Assembly (NCBI GenBank): GCA_026705765.1 | Contig: JAPPAB010000158.1 | Location: forward strand, 3,050 to 67,049 | Direction: 5' to 3' | Source: Gemmatimonadota bacterium | Lineage (GTDB): Bacteria > Latescibacterota > UBA2968 | Length of the DNA: 64,000 nucleotides | Shown: positions 62,846 through 64,000 of the stretch, piece by piece | How positions within the stretch are numbered: the stretch's first letter is position 1 | How the letters are laid out: every line of letters begins with the position of its first letter | Made by a program: the position numbers and the translations under genes | The notes under the pieces: generated by a model | Databases searched by the model: none | Told to the model about the DNA's origin: nothing | The model's input: only the letters and a program-made list of their open reading frames with translations

Positions 62846-64000
62846 ATGCTCAATTTTTTTCGGCAAAATAAAGCCAAATTTAGTCGCGTTGTTATTCTGG
62901 GGCTGGATGGCATGCCATATAGTCTTTTGCAACGTTTGATTGCCGAGGGGATTATGCCCAATTTTCAGCAGTTGATCGCTCATGGGTCTCTGATGTCTAT
63001 GACGTCGGTGCTGCCTACGGTATCGTCAACTGCCTGGGCATCGATTGCGACGGGTTCCAACCCGGGCAAGCACGGAATTTTTGGATTTATCGACCGCGTC
63101 CCCCAAACGTATGAGATGTTTATTCCATCTTCGAGAACGTTGCGGAGCAAGACATGGGTCGATCTGTTTAGCAATATGGGTCAACGAGTTTTTTCTATGG
63201 GTGTGCCCACTACTTTTCCCCCTCGCCAGGTCAACGGTATCTTGATTTCGGGCTTTCTGTCACCCGATTTGAAAAGGGCGACCTATCCGCCTGCGATAGC
63301 TTCTGAACTGGAATCCATGGGGTATTTGATCGATATTGACGCCTGGCAAGCGCGGAAAAATCGCCAGAAATTTCTCGACGAGCTATTTTGGGCACTCAAC
63401 CGACGTGCAGACGCTATGTTCAAGTATTATGCCCAGGAATCATGGGATTTGTTTGTGGCACATTTTATGGATACCGATCGGTTGCACCACTTTCTATGGG
63501 GGGATGTAGAGAGAGGAGATGCGTCGCATACCGCGTGGTTTAATCAGTTTTACGCGCGTGTAGATGAGATCATTGGAGAACTGGTTTCGCGGTTATACAG
63601 CAATACGTTGCTCATGATTGTATCGGATCACGGTTTTTGCACCCTGCAGCGCGAGGTGCATTTGAATTTTTGGCTGCAACAGATGGGGTTGCTGTCTTTT
63701 GCATCGCCTGAACCAAAGCAGTTGAGAGACCTGGATCCCCTTACGCGGTGTTATTCATTGTTGCCCGGGCGATTTTACGTGAATCTAAAAGGCAGAGAAC
63801 GCGAGGGTTGCGTGCAGGCAGGTGCTGAATACGAGCAGGTCCGGCGAGATGTGGCAGATGCGCTGATGGAAATTCGCGATCCCGATGGTGGAGCACCTGT
63901 CATTGATCGCGTGTTGATGCGCGAAGAGGCTTTTGCTGGTGAAGACCTCGATGCGGCACCCGATCTTATGGCAGTGCCTGCACAGGGATATGATTTGAAG
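62846..64000 (+). CDS. alkaline-phosphatase-superfamily protein (type I phosphodiesterase / nucleotide pyrophosphatase family), 5' part, runs off the window
   Basis: Not in the ORF track because there is no stop before base 64000. ATG 62846 is preceded by an in-frame TAG. My translation: MLNFFRQNKAKFSRVVILGLDGMPYSLLQRLIAEGIMPNFQQLIAHGSLMSMTSVLPTVSSTAWASIATGSNPGKHGIFGF ... LLMIVSDHGF. This is typical of PF01663-like enzymes. Confidence 0.8.
   Translation, partial: MLNFFRQNKAKFSRVVILGLDGMPYSLLQRLIAEGIMPNFQQLIAHGSLMSMTSVLPTVSSTAWASIATGSNPGKHGIFGFIDRVPQTYEMFIPSSRTLRSKTWVDLFSNMGQRVFSMGVPTTFPPRQVNGILISGFLSPDLKRATYPPAIASELESMGYLIDIDAWQARKNRQKFLDELFWALNRRADAMFKYYAQESWDLFVAHFMDTDRLHHFLWGDVERGDASHTAWFNQFYARVDEIIGELVSRLYSNTLLMIVSDHGFCTLQREVHLNFWLQQMGLLSFASPEPKQLRDLDPLTRCYSLLPGRFYVNLKGREREGCVQAGAEYEQVRRDVADALMEIRDPDGGAPVIDRVLMREEAFAGEDLDAAPDLMAVPAQGYDLK

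Noticed and set aside
62662-62871. 69-aa ORF MVGVAQSVRAPGCGPGG...
   Set aside because: It is the translation of the tRNA-His gene and its downstream spacer.

Overview
64-kb fragment of a moderate-GC bacterial genome with Shine-Dalgarno-type ribosome sites, probably an uncultivated marine heterotroph. Taxonomy cannot be established from this window. All protein calls come from reading motifs by eye; no database or HMM search was possible. I support about 50 protein genes, two tRNAs (Arg-UCU, His-GUG), three intrinsic terminators, a few sigma70-like promoters and seven short-tandem-repeat loci. There is no rRNA, CRISPR array, transposase or integrase. Four things stand out. (1) Bases 1-20551 form a tightly packed + strand array of 13 genes containing two diverged copies of one uncharacterised module: a ~650-aa polytopic membrane protein, a TPR protein, a CRTAC1-type FG-GAP/UnbV protein and a beta-propeller without a signal peptide. 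The array also holds a PD40 lipoprotein, a TPR-TlpA redoxin fusion, and UnbU-like and TauE-like membrane proteins. (2) A family of phased micro-repeats occurs at five loci as ATCC(GCAGATnnnn)n decamer arrays. Two ~90-nt composite elements made of CGAAT/ATTCG octamer arrays around a conserved core belong to a related family. These repeats lie at gene ends, donate C-terminal codons and stop codons, and bracket genes. (3) An AT-rich islet at 46990-49911, bounded by these repeats, encodes an AAA+/DUF4143-like ATPase, an Mrr-cat-like nuclease fusion and a GxxExxY nuclease-family protein. It is a candidate defence or selfish-DNA locus. (4) A 26-kb - strand block encodes apparently cytoplasmic sulfatases, a BNR4-like protein, a DapA-family lyase, a propeller-DUF898 fusion with an M48 peptidase, sugar ABC and SSS transporters, and redox enzymes. 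Other oddities are an ABC importer operon lacking an ATPase but carrying a PA-IL-like lectin-fold protein, and an ABC exporter with an N-terminal extension followed by a DUF1854-like gene and an orphan RND pump. A secreted HExxH protein with a dockerin-like tail is also inserted in a ribose-type ABC operon.
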